This document shows, in pieces, positions 12,488-26,039 of a stretch of DNA of 64,000 nt; position 1 is the stretch's first letter, and each line of letters starts with the position of its first letter. A program made the translations under genes and the position numbers. The notes below the pieces were generated by a model. The model saw only the letters and a program-made list of their open reading frames with translations, made no database searches and was not told where the DNA came from. This DNA is from Octopus sinensis. Its lineage: Eukaryota. The stretch is taken from assembly GCF_006345805.1 (NCBI RefSeq), contig NC_043015.1:37882001-37946000 (forward strand). Reading direction: 5' to 3'.

Positions 12488-13007
12488 TCGCGTGAAACAA
12501 GATCTTCATCCGCGTAAAAAGGGATTATCCATTACGAATTACTTGAACGGAACCGTTCAGCAGATGGAACGACTCAAAACGGTTATTCAAGAGAAAAGGC
12601 CTAATCGGCAGCATAGAGTTCTTCTGCTGCACGACAACGCCCGCCCTCACATCGCCAATATGACAAAGAAGCCATTCAAACGCATGGCTGGGAAGTGCTG
12701 CTACACCCGCCGCACTTTCTTGATTTGGCACCAATGGATTCCCACCTCTTTCGATCTTTTTCAAATGCTATGCGCGGAGTTTCGTTCAATACTGATGCAG
12801 AATTGAGAGGTTGGTTGGATCAATTTTTCGAATCGAAATCGGGTGATTTTTACCAACGAGGTATTGAAAATCTTGTTGAACGTTGGGAAGAAGTTGTAAA
12901 CAACAAGGGTGAATGCATTATTGATTAATTAGTTGTTATTTTTTTTTATTAAACCTTTTAAAAAATTTAAATTTTGAAAAACGGCGGGAACTTAGTTGCC
13001 AACCCAA
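12488..13007 (+). mobile_element. Mariner 3' half (DD34D, mellifera-like TIR)
   Basis: [57 protein letters not shown]. Right TIR cggcgggaacttagttgccaacccaa followed by TA. Confidence 0.9.
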
Positions 13008-13027
13008 TATACATATATATATATATA

Positions 13028-13059
<32 letters not shown>

Positions 13060-13092
13060 CATACAACATATGTATATATATATATATACGAG

Positions 13093-13124
<32 letters not shown>

Positions 13125-14289
13125 AGTGGACACCACACACGAAAGAGCCACTCAACACATTCCGTAAAAGTTACATATATTACATAAAACACGAGCTAGG
13201 TTCCTGAGACGAGTTTATGAAATGTCTCAGTTGCATCGGATCGAATGAAGCTGTTTTGAATAATGTATATATATATCCACACACACACATGTCATGTATG
13301 TATATATATATAATATATATATATATAATATATATATGTATGTATATATATATGTGTATAATATATATATAATATATATATATATATATTATATATATAT
13401 ATATATATATAATATATATATATATATGGGGTGGGGCTGTGGTAGCGAGGCCAGCAGCGGTGGTTGTTGTGTGGTGGTGATGAAAGTGTGTTGATGAGGC
13501 ATCAGATCATAAATGCAGAGAAGCACATGCATGCGTGTGTATGTGTGTGTGTGTGTGTGTGTGAGGTAGTGATGGTGGTAGCGATGGCGCTGGTAGGAGG
13601 AAGAGCACACGGATGCTAGAGGAATCCCTCGATGGTCTCTGTAACCTTTACCAACAATTTGTTTCAATGAATTATCAATGTGGTCCAAGCGAGGATGGAG
13701 AGGAGAGCGAATGAAAAACGCCTTTATTGCTTTCATTCTTTTCTCGTTTTTTCAAACCCCCCTCCACACACACACACACTCTTTAGCTGTCTCCCTCTCT
13801 CTCACTTTCCCTCTCTCTCTCTCTCTCTCACTCTTACTCTTCGTGTAAATATATGTAGAGAGGACGTTAGGGTGGTGCGTGTGTATCTGTCTGCATATGC
13901 ATGTGTGCGTGTATATATATATATATATATATACACATATATATGTATGTATATATATATATATATATTATATATATATATATATTATATATATATATAC
14001 ATATATATATACATATATACATGTATGTGTATATATATATATACATATGTATATATATATGTATGTATGCATGCATGTATATATGCATTTATGTATATAT
14101 GCATGTACGTATGTATGTGTGTGTGTGTGTGTATATATAAATACACTTACACACAGCAACCGTTTTGAATGCAAATGGTAATCGTTCAAACGGTCCTAAT
14201 TGTTTAGGATCCTCGACGAGTGAATCGCGCATTTATGACGTAATCGCTCCAAACGACTTGTTGAGTGTCAAATCGTTTGTATTATTTTG

Positions 14290-15520
14290 TTTTTCTTTTA
14301 GCTCAGGTTTTGTTGGAACTCCTGGAGTCTTGTGAATGTAGCAGACTTGCTACCTGCAGCCTACGGTGCCATGCTATCCGTTCTCTTCAGCTATCTAATG
14401 CTTTCCTGATTATTCTGGCCGTGCCAAAGAGGCAAACCTTTTGTAACAGTTCTACTGACCACTCTATTCCAATTTCCTTTATATTCTTCTTGGTGCCTTC
14501 TGATACTGTCCCCAAGAACCCAACAATAATCGGCAATATCTTCACCTCAATTTCCCACAGTCGAGCTATCTCGTATCTAAGAGGGTTGTATTTATCTATT
14601 TTCCCGCTTTCCTTCCTGACTCTTCGTGGGTCAAAGGAGCACGTGACATCAAATAAAGGGCACATCTGGTTCACCTTGCCCACCATCACTAGGTTCAAGC
14701 CCCTGGTCTATTTGGAAGGGAAAATCCCTCTGGATTTTTCAAGTCTCCGACTTCACAACTTTTTTGGTTTGTGCTCAAACCACGCATTGCCTCTCTCTGG
14801 ACCCCACTTTTCACACAGCTTCCAATGTGGTAATTTCGCTAACCCATTGTGCCGCCACGACTTAAAGTGGTTTTGGGAAATTTGAGGCTATTCGTTCGCA
14901 ATATTGGCAATGGTTTTGTCGACTCTTACAGATTCGGCACAATGGAGACACTTGCTCATTCCTAAAGTTTATTCTCCAATTTATGGCCAAAACTTGGTTT
15001 TGTGCTGCCAGTGCGGTGCTTCCAGTTCCTTTTCTTCAACCCCACCCCCACCCCCAATGCTTACCAGAAACTTCAGTTGTAGCTACAAAGAATTGATTAT
15101 GTAGTTCCTTATTGCATAATGTTTCTTCGTGTCCTTCTTGTACTTTTTGTTTTGTTATTTTCTTTTTCCCTGCTTCCAATATGCCTTCATGTCCCAAGTA
15201 CCACCAACTATGGTCCCTACTTTGTCTTGGACACCTTATCAACTTCCCAAGTTTTCCACACTTATCCGGTTTCCTTCCTGCATTAGCTCTCTTCATGTGA
15301 TCATTGGCTGCATGTGGACGTAGGGCTTTATACATGGTTAGAAGCTTTCTTGTCTTCCTGTCCAATTCCCTTGGATCACCCTCTGTCCACTTCAGAATTC
15401 CAGCTCCATACCAAACCACTGCAACTGCGTACGAGTTTATTGCCGAGACTATTCAACTTAGAATTATTTTTGGTTTGGCCCAGGTTCGGTCTTATTCTTG
15501 GTAGGATTTATGTGAAAAGC
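14290..15520 (-). mobile_element. R4/Dong-like non-LTR retrotransposon 3' fragment (RLE type)
   Basis: YGAGILKWT..ELDRKTRKLLTM, SPLCRICK, WRHN, and restriction-like endonuclease region FDVTCSFD..KIDKYNPLRYEIARLW..PIIVGFLGTV..LQKVCLFGTARIIRKAL. Confidence 0.88.
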
Positions 15521-15529
15521 GGGTTACTA

Positions 15530-15659
15530 CATGCAACCTTTGGTATCTACAAGGCTTCAGTAGTTTCTTAAATGCTTAGAATCCTCCTGGTAATTCTTGC
15601 TGTCCTTAAAAGACAAACTTTCTATAGGAGGTCTACCGGCCATTCTATTTCAATTTCCT

Positions 15660-15663
<4 letters not shown>
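15530..15663 (-). mobile_element. Short 3' tip of a related R4/Dong-like element
   Basis: Reverse complement translates MKEIEIEWPVDLL*KVCLLRTARITRRILSI*, parallel to the C-terminus at 14387-14480. Confidence 0.75.

Positions 15664-15722
<59 letters not shown>
15663..15722. repeat. (TTA)n microsatellite
   Basis: About 20 perfect units. Confidence 0.95.
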
Positions 15723-15723
<1 letters not shown>

Positions 15724-16560
15724 TTTGTCATGCAGTGTAGATTGAAAATGCATCGACCTAATCCTCTACCAACTCACAAGGACCTCTGACGGATCGTACT
15801 TTCCTTAAAATGTCCGCAGGACCCTAGCAGGGCTGATTTTTGTAAGGCACCAATCTTACTTGATATTCCCAGCCGATTTAAGAAGTCCTGAAGTTTCAAT
15901 AGGACTGACCCTAATGCCCCGTTCGCACCTAGTGCCACTTTCCCATTACCCACTCACATTCCAACAGTCTTGCTGTCTCCACTTTCAGCTCGAAGCACTT
16001 GGTGCTATTTTTCCAACCTCCTTCACTCTCAGTAGTAATGTCATTTAGTATGGCTTCGTCAATGCCCTAATTGTATTTGTCTTCCTTATTCAACCAAATC
16101 ACTTCAGTGATGCTCAATTATCCTCTCTGCCAAAAAATCATAATCCCAGAATAACACTGCTTTCCCATTCCCTTGCAATACTTTGCTAGGCACATGCTCG
16201 GACCAATTCTCTCTTACTTCGTATTGGTATTTAAAACATAAAAACCAATTTAGATACAAACAGACTTTATCACAGCAGCCTTTGTATTCCGTTTGTGCAA
16301 GGCTCTCACACCCACTCACCAAACGGGATACATTCTCCATATTATTTTTTAAAAGATTTTGTATTTCTGGGAGTCAGAAGATCTGTAGATGCTATTCTTC
16401 ACCAAACTGGTCGCAAGAACTTTGCTTTGAGACACATCCGCCATGCTTTTTAATCCTTCATATTCTGTGTATCCCTTTCATATTAACCACACATTCCCAT
16501 TAACAAATCTTGTTCTCTCCTTTTCGACTCATTGATTAAACTTTTCCTTACCAAACATTT
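15723..16560 (-). mobile_element. Third R4/Dong-like 3' fragment (different subfamily)
   Basis: ENVSRLVSGCESLAQTEYKGCCDKVCLYLNWFLC..EHVPSKV..LFWDYDF..IEH and LQKSALLGS; flanked by TAA repeats on both sides. Confidence 0.8.
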
Positions 16561-16636
16561 GACATTATTATTATTATTATTATTGTTGTAGTTGTTGTTA
16601 TACATTAATAAATCTATCAACCGGCGTGTGTGTGTG

Positions 16637-16679
<43 letters not shown>

Positions 16680-16716
16680 ATTATATATAAAAGAATATAT
16701 ATATATATATATATAT

Positions 16717-16911
16717 TCTTTTATTTGTTTGTCATTTGACTGTGGCCATGCTGGAGCACTGCCTTTAGTCGAGCAAACTGACCCCAGGACTTATCCTTTG
16801 TAAGCCTGGTACTTATTCTGTCGGGCTCTTTTGCCGAACCGCTAAGTTACGGGGACGTAAACACACTAGTATCGGTTGTCAAGCGATATTGGGGGGACAA
16901 ACACAGACACA

Positions 16912-16952
<41 letters not shown>

Positions 16953-17166
16953 ACTCACACACACTCACACACGCACACTCACACACACATATATTTATAT
17001 ATATGACGAGTTTCTTTCAGTATCCATCTCCCAAATCCACCCACAAGGCTTTGGGCGGCCCGAGGCTATAGTGGAAGATACTTGCCCAAGGTGCCACGCA
17101 GTGGGACTGAACCCGGAACCACGTGGTTAGTAAGTAAGCTACTTATCACGCAGCCACTCCTGCGCC
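16717..17166 (-). mobile_element. SINE family A, full length, internal (CA)n expansion
   Basis: Reverse complement of the full family A; ends cagccactcctgcgcc. Confidence 0.92.
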
Positions 17167-17426
17167 TATCGATAGATAGATATAGATATATAGATATATA
17201 TGTATGTATATGTGTAATATATATAACTTACTTGGAGAAAAGAAACGAAACGAAACGACGCGATGGCGCTCAGTCATACAATAATTTAATAAATAAAATA
17301 CATACATATATGTACGTACCTACATCTACATGTATATATACATGCATATATATATGCATGTATATATACATGTAGATGTAGGTACGTACATATATGTAGG
17401 TACGTACATATATGTATGTATGTATG

Positions 17427-17458
<32 letters not shown>

Positions 17459-17515
17459 ATATATGTATGTATATGTATGTATGTATGTATATGTATGTAT
17501 GTATATGTATGTATT

Positions 17516-17622
<107 letters not shown>

Positions 17623-17639
17623 TTAAATACTCAACCGAA

Positions 17640-17729
17640 AGAGCTACCAGTAGTTTCATGCTTATATGATACTTGAACAGGCATATTCATAAAATACGCC
17701 TTCAACCTTAAAGCAATCTTTCAGGCTCT
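17640..17729 (-). ncRNA. Type-I hammerhead-ribozyme-like motif, extended stem II
   Basis: Reverse complement: agagc CTGAAAGA t tgctt..(long hairpin)..aagca t GAAA ctactgg TA gctct. Stem I agagc/gctct is perfect; the core has one extra A relative to CUGANGA. Confidence 0.65.
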
Positions 17730-18291
17730 GTTTATGCGTTTATGCGCCATATATAAATAAAAAAAAAAGAAACAAGGACGCTGGAGATTGAACTCGGAAC
17801 TATGAGGCTGCAAATATAAGTGGGGGGGAGGGGGGAGGTATGTGTGGGTTGGTGTGGTGGGGTGTAATGCGCGTCAACTATAAGGAAAATTGCTAAAACT
17901 AAAACATCTTTAGAATAATCCATTTATTTAAAAATTTTACAAAAAAAAAACAACAAATTACAACAAAAAAGGAAAACTAATAACAAAATTAATAAAATAT
18001 TCAAAATTTTTAGTTTATAAACAAGTCCTAGAGATATAGTTTTTGGCTCCCACATTCTCAATTATCACCTTTTTTTCACGTTTCTAATGAAACTGAATCT
18101 TTGCAAATCTTCATTCAGCTGGATGCTTCGCCGTGGGAATATTTTCGGAGTTTGGCACCGGTTCCGATCCATTATGGTCAATAATATTGTCTCCTTGACC
18201 GAATTAAATGACGCTGAAGATTCTATTCCTCCTCTTTGGACCTGGCTCTAACGTCTTTGTTTATTTTACTTAAATATTAACCTAAGACGAA

Positions 18292-18450
18292 GGCATGCTG
18301 TGTAGCTAAAAAAAACACACTTTGCAACCTCGTAGTTTCGGGTTCAATCCGACTGCTAGGTACCTTGGACAGGTGTCTTGTGCTATAGCCTCAGGCCGAC
18401 CAATGCCTTGGATGTGAACTAGGTTAAAAGCAAGCTGTGTAGAAGCCTAC
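18292..18450 (+). mobile_element. Diverged SINE family A 5' half
   Basis: gggttcaatccgactgctaggtaccttggacaggtgtcttgtgctatagcctcaggccgaccaatgccttg. Confidence 0.7.
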
Positions 18451-18768
18451 CACACACACAAAACACATATGTAGATGTAAGACCATCATGTGTGTATGTG
18501 TGTCAAAATATGAGTATACGTTCAGAGTGACTCGAGGGTCGAGAGTTTCGTGTGTTGGCACTTACCAAAACTAAAGCTCGAAAATGTCGGTCTTTGATCC
18601 ACTCTGTTGCCTCTGCGAAATATAAGTAAAAAATATACATATACTCATGTACTGAGCTTTATTTTTTCTGTTTGGGTCACTAGACCTATACACACGCACA
18701 CATGTATGTATGTATGTATGTATGTATGTATGTATGTATGTATGTATGTATGTATGTATGTGTATTAT

Positions 18769-18850
<82 letters not shown>

Positions 18851-18896
18851 GTATATACATATATATATGTGTGTGTGTGTATGTATATACATATAT

Positions 18897-18934
<38 letters not shown>

Positions 18935-19759
18935 ATAAATTTCATGGCTAGGGGTTAGATCTGAAGGTGTATTTTTCTGATTGATTTTTATAATGAATTG
19001 CTACGTCGACTGATAGCCGATTCAGAATGAAGAGCTTAATGTGACAACTGCATGATTCTCTGAACCGACCACCACTACCACCCACCACCACCACCACCAC
19101 CACCACCACCACCACAACTGCTGTTACTTTTATTCTCGGATGTTTACCATGATGCGATAGGTGTGACCTTGGTCAGCAAATCATTTGTTTGGGCATTCGT
19201 AATTTATGTAATGATGGGGCGGGGTGGTGAGGGTGGTGGAGGGGGTGTTACGGGGGGGGGGGTCATGTGCAGGTTAATTTATATTCATCAGCTTTTGTGG
19301 CAATTATTGCACCACCACCAACAACAACAACAGCGGCAGTAGTAGCAGCAGAAGGCAGACCACTAACAACAACAACAACAGCAACAATAGCAGCAACAAC
19401 AAGTAAGGTAATGGGAAAAGCAGTCGGTGCCGGACCACTAAGAGTAACACCGGCAGCAGCAGTAGCCGCAGCAGCAGCAGCAGCAATTCCAAAGCTGGAT
19501 CAAAACAATAACAAACAAAAAAACAATGACGAAAAGAACAAAAACAAAACAGCAAAAAGAAAAACAAACAACAAGTAAATTCGGGCAATGGCCCGCCCTG
19601 AGCACCAAAAGGTACAAGAGCAACAACAACAACAACAGCAACGCCTATTACGCTGGAATAACAATGGCCGCAGTGAGAAGGTTTTAAGTTCGGACATCAA
19701 CCACGATTGAGCAGACGAAGAAATAGGTTAATAAAATCCATATTCATAATGCATGCAGC

Positions 19760-21651
19760 CACTACTACTACTACTACTACTACTGCTGCTACTACTACTG
19801 CTACTACTACTGCTACTACTACTACTACTGCTACTACTGCTACTACTACTGCTACTACTACTACTACTACTGCTACTACTACTACTACTGCTACTACTGC
19901 TAATACTACTACTGCTACTACTACTGCTACTACTACTACTACTACTACTACTGCTACTACTACTGCTACTGCTACTACTACTACTACTGCTACTACTGCT
20001 AATACTACTACTGCTACTACTACTGCTACTACTACTACTACTACTACTACTGCTACTACTACTGCTACTACTACTACTACTGCTACTACTGCTAATACTA
20101 CTACTGCTACTACTACTACTGCTACTACTACTGCTACTACTACTACTACTACTACTACTACTGCTACTACTACTGCTACTACTATGCTACTTACTACTAC
20201 TACTATATGCTACTGCTACTACTACTACTACTATACTGACCTACTACTACATGCTACTACTACTGCTACTACTACTACTACTACTACTACTGCCTACTAC
20301 TGCTAATACTACTACTGCTACTACTACTACTGCTACTACTACTGCTACTACTACTACTACTACTACTACTACTGCTACTACTACTGCTACTACTACTGCT
20401 ACTACTGCTACTACTACTGCTACTACTACTGCTACTACTACTACTACTACTGCTACTGCTACTACTACTACTACTACTACTGCTACTACTACTGCTACTA
20501 CTACTGCTACTACTACTACTACTACTACTACTGCTACTACTACTGCTACTACTACTGCTACTACTACTACTACTGCTACTACTACTGCTACTACTACTAC
20601 TACTACTACTACTGCTACTACTACTGCTACTACTACTGCTACTACTACTACTACTACTGCTACTGCTACTACTACTACTACTACTACTGCTACTACTACT
20701 GCTACTACTACTGAACTACTATACTACTACTACTTACTAACTACTGCCACTACTACTACTGCTACTACTACTACTACTACTGCTACTACTACTACTACTG
20801 TACTAATACTGCTACTACTACTGCTACTACTGCTAATACTACACTGCTACTACTACTACTGCTACTACTACTGCTACTACATACTACTACTACTACTGCC
20901 TACTACTGCTACTACTACTGCTACTACTACTTACTACTACTACTGCTATACTACTACTGCACTACTATACTACTACTGCTACTACTACTGCTACTACTAA
21001 CTACTACTACTAATACTGCTACTACTGCTACTACTACTGCTACTACTACTACTACTTGACTACTGCTATACTACTACTGCTACTACTACTACTGCTACTA
21101 CTACTACTGTACTACTACTACTACTACTACTGCTACTACTACTGCTACTACTACTACTACTGCTACTACTACTGCTACTACTACTACTACTACTACTACT
21201 GCTACTACTACTGCTACTACTACTGCTACTACTACTACTACTACTACTGCTACTACTACTACTACTACTACTACTACTGCTACTACTACTACTGCTACTA
21301 CTACTACTACTACTGCTACTACTACTACTACTGCTACTACTGCTAATACTACTACTGCTACTACTACTGCTACTACTACTACTACTACACTACTGCTACT
21401 ACTACTGCCTACTACTACTACTACTGCTACTACTGCGATACTACTACTGCTACTACTACTACTGCTACTACTACTCTACTACTACTACTATACTACTACT
21501 ACTGCTACTACTACTGCTACTACTAGCTACTACTACTACTACTGCTACTACTACTGCTACTATACTACTACTACTACTGCTACTACTACTGCTACTACTA
21601 CTGCTACTACTACTACTACTGCTACTACTACTACTACTACTACTACTACTG

Positions 21652-21707
<56 letters not shown>

Positions 21708-21708
21708 G

Positions 21709-21743
<35 letters not shown>

Positions 21744-21982
21744 GCTAACTACTGCTACTACTACTACTACTGCTACTACTACTACTACTACTGACTGCTA
21801 CTACTACACTACTACTACTGCTACTACTACTGCTACTACTACTGCTACTACTACTACTACTGACTATACTACACTACTACTACACTACTACTACTGCTAC
21901 TCTACTACTGCTACTACTACTACTACTGCTACTACTACTACTACTGCTACTACTGCTAATACTACTACTGCTACTACTACTG

Positions 21983-22014
<32 letters not shown>

Positions 22015-22390
22015 GCTACTACTACTACTACTGCTACTACTACTGCTACTACTACTGCTACTACTACTACTACTGCTACTACTACTGCTACTACTACTAC
22101 TACTACTGCTACTGCTACTACTACTACTACTACTACTGCTACTACTACTACTACTACTACTGCTACTACTACTGCTACTACTACTGCTACTACTACTACT
22201 ACTACTGCTACTACTACTACTACTACTACTACTACTGCTACTACTACTACTACTACTGCTACTACTACTGCTGCTACTACTACTACTACTACTACTGCTA
22301 CTACTACTGCTACTACTACTGCTACTGCTACTACTACTACTGCTACTACTACTACTACTACTACTGCTACTACTACTGCTACTACTACTG

Positions 22391-22428
<38 letters not shown>

Positions 22429-22612
22429 GCTACTACTACTGCTACTACTACTACTACTACTGCTGCTACTACTGCTACTACTACTACTACTACTACTGCT
22501 ACTACTACTACTGCTACTACTGATACTACTACTGCTACTACTACTACTACTACTACTACTGCTACTACTACTGCTACTACTACTGCTACTACTACTACTA
22601 CTACTACTACTG

Positions 22613-22644
<32 letters not shown>

Positions 22645-22759
22645 GCTACTACTGCTACTACTACTGCTACTACTACTACTACTACTACTGCTACTACTAC
22701 TACTGCTACTACTGCTACTACTACTGCTACTACTACTACTACTGCTACTACTACTACTA

Positions 22760-22793
<34 letters not shown>

Positions 22794-22827
22794 GCTACTA
22801 CTACTGCTACTACTACTGCTACTACTG

Positions 22828-22868
<41 letters not shown>

Positions 22869-22957
22869 GCTAACTGCTACTACTACTGCTACTACTACTG
22901 CTACTACTACTACTGCTACTACTGCTACTACTACTGCTACTACTACTGCTACTACTG

Positions 22958-22992
<35 letters not shown>

Positions 22993-22993
22993 G

Positions 22994-23031
<38 letters not shown>

Positions 23032-23092
23032 GCTACTACTACTACTGCTACTACTGCTACTACTACTGCTACTACTACTGCTACTACTGCTA

Positions 23093-23150
<58 letters not shown>

Positions 23151-23193
23151 GCTACTACTACTACTGCTACTACTGCTACTACTACTGCTACTG

Positions 23194-23249
<56 letters not shown>

Positions 23250-23292
23250 GCTACTACTGCTACTACTACTGCTACTACTACTGCTACTACTG

Positions 23293-23348
<56 letters not shown>

Positions 23349-23391
23349 GCTACTACTACTACTGCTACTACTGCTACTACTACTGCTACTG

Positions 23392-23426
<35 letters not shown>

Positions 23427-23511
23427 GCTGCTACTACTGCTACTACTACTACTACTACTACTACTACTGCTACTACTGCTACTACTGCTACTACTACTGC
23501 TACTACTACTG

Positions 23512-23555
<44 letters not shown>

Positions 23556-23592
23556 GCTGCTGCTACTACTGCTGCTACTACTGCTACTACTG

Positions 23593-23629
<37 letters not shown>

Positions 23630-23647
23630 CACTACTACTACTACTAC
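19760..23647. repeat. ~3.9-kb (CTA)n array with CTG interruptions
   Basis: Continuous ctactactactg-type trinucleotide repeat with scattered indels. Confidence 0.97.
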
Positions 23648-24101
23648 AATAATAAAGTTATGCCACCTTTTAGTTTGCATCTATTTGTAATAAGCGATTG
23701 CCCACTTTCTACTCCCTCACACCTCACCCACCTCTCTCAACTTCTCTCTCAACTTCTCTGTCGTCTGATACACACACACATATATGCGTATATGCATGTA
23801 TATGTATATATGCATATGTATGTATATATATATATATATATATTTACATATGTGCACATGTATATGTATATATGTATATATGCATATATAAATGTACTAT
23901 ACTTGGGTATATTCACATACACTGACAGTACTTAGAGTAATGGTGGATATATATAATTATATATATATATATATATATAATATATTCATGCACGCATATA
24001 GATAGATCTGTCTATATTGTGCCACACACACACACACACCACACACACACACATACTACATACATACATATAATATATATATATATATATAGATAATATA
24101 G

Positions 24102-24133
<32 letters not shown>

Positions 24134-24141
24134 AGTATATA

Positions 24142-24240
<99 letters not shown>

Positions 24241-24911
24241 ATATATATATTATATGTATATATATATGTATATATATACAATATATATGATATACATATA
24301 TATATATACACACACACACATATATATATACATAATATATATATATATATATATAATATATATATATATAGATATATTATATACAGGTGTTCGGTGTGCA
24401 TATACATATATAAAAGGTGTATGTGTTGTGTGTGTGTGTATAGGGAGACACGCGGCTGCGCACACACATTTCCGTTTTTTACGCAAAAAAGTTAAAACTC
24501 AATCATTCCAGGAATACAGATCGATAGAGTATAAATCGAACTACATAAACCAATTCACCGGGGTCAATAAGTTGAATTGAATCTTGATTTATGAGTAAAG
24601 AAATACACTTTTAAATAATCAGCGGGAATTTATGCGTTGCTGCCTGTCTCTGTGTGTTTGTGTGTGTGCGTATTTTTTGTTATAATATATTTATATATAC
24701 ATACATACATACACATCTTCTTTAAGTTCGTTCATGCGAAACGCTTTTAAGTGCGCACATAAAAAGCTCTTCTGTTATTTATTCCGCTTATTGTTCTCAT
24801 CCTCCAGAATTCTTTTATGAGATGTTTATTCGTCTGGAACCGCTGTAGCGTAGCAGGAATACAGTAACAGCAGGAACGTTTGGATGGAAATTCATAAATT
24901 CTTTAATGCAT

Positions 24912-25044
24912 TGCTACGTACGTTTCCACAAACCCCGTAGTTTTTGTTGCTGGATTCTCCATCCATAAGATATTGCAAATGTAATTTGCAAAATCCATAG
25001 ATTTTAAGGGGAAGCATTAATACATGTGTTCGTTTCTTCAGGCA
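24912..25044 (-). ncRNA. Type-I hammerhead-ribozyme-like motif, ~100-nt stem II domain
   Basis: Reverse complement: tgc CTGAAGA a acgaac ... gtttgt g GAAA cgtacg TA gca. Core intact, stem I tgc/gca, palindromic stem III acgtacgt, internal hairpin ttgcaaat-tac-atttgcaa. Confidence 0.7.
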
Positions 25045-25098
25045 CAAAATTATATATACACACATACGTGTGTGTGCGCGTGTGTGTGTGTGTGTGTG

Positions 25099-25135
<37 letters not shown>

Positions 25136-25394
25136 GTGTGTGTGTGTGTTGATTTCTGGTAGGAACACCGTATTTCGTAACGCAACCGTAAAATGCTACC
25201 AAGTATATTAAAGGCCTTAAATGCCCAATACTGTGAGCTACCTGTGTTAGCAGTGCTATCAAATCACTTTTTAAAGCTGTCTCTACAGATTTTCTAAAGC
25301 AATTAGATCCAGGACTGAAAGTTACAACATTTCGTATAGGAATACGTCTATGTAGACAATACAATCAAAAGATAGAGAAAAATAAGTAATGGGT

Positions 25395-25438
25395 GTATAT
25401 ACATGTTTCAGGAGTGCTTGCTCCTTCTTCAGTACCAC
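25395..25438 (-). ncRNA. Minimal type-I hammerhead ribozyme motif (intact core)
   Basis: Reverse complement: gtggta CTGAAGA aggag-caagca-ctcct GAAA catg TA tatac. Perfect 5-bp stem II, palindromic stem III acatgt, GUA cleavage triplet. Confidence 0.8.
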
Positions 25439-26039
25439 ATCCAACCCATTAACCATCCACGAACACATTGCTTAAATCGCACTGCTAACACAGGCGGGGT
25501 AGAGTATTAACTTTTCAACCTTTAATATATTTGGTGGTGTTTTGCGGTCGGTAAATGAAATATGGTGTCCCTACCAGCAATTAATACGTGCGTACCAGTT
25601 GCCAGGAATGTTCTTATTAATAAAAATCGGTCTATCCAACTATGTTACACCATTAAGTTCAGTGTTTTCTTCTCGTTTCGCCTGAAGATCGCTGTGGCGG
25701 GAAAATCGTGTGTGTGTCTGTGTGTGTGTGTTTGTGTGATGGGGTGACGAGTAAGTGAAGCATTAAATCCATACCAGACTTTCATTTGCTGTCAGTGATA
25801 GTCAGAAAGCATAAAATATAGATAAGCGAATATATTAAGATTAGAGTCACGTGATGTCGTCGAATGAGTTGCTCACGTGACCAACTGAAAAAGCTACGCA
25901 GTTCTTGCTTTTTATTCTTATTTTCGGATTCCTCGTTCCTTGAACTGGTCTTAGTTATTGGACTCCGACTAATCTACGGCACCATCGCTTTGAAGGCCAT
26001 CAGCGATCGTATCGATATCAGTAGGAATTACTATGTTAC

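Noticed and set aside
12936-14189. Numerous YI/CV/HT-rich ORFs here and throughout the window
   Set aside because: Translations of (TA)n, (TG)n and (CATA)n microsatellites.
14210-14268. Hammerhead-like fold ctc gacga...caaa cgacttg tt gag
   Set aside because: Both core halves deviate from consensus.
19267-19710. Ala/Thr/Gln-rich ORFs resembling a transcription-factor exon
   Set aside because: Short, low complexity, stops in all frames and no domain.
19707-23680. Poly-Thr/Leu/Tyr/Val ORFs (mucin-like)
   Set aside because: Products of the (CTA)n array, with frameshifts and no unique flanking domain.
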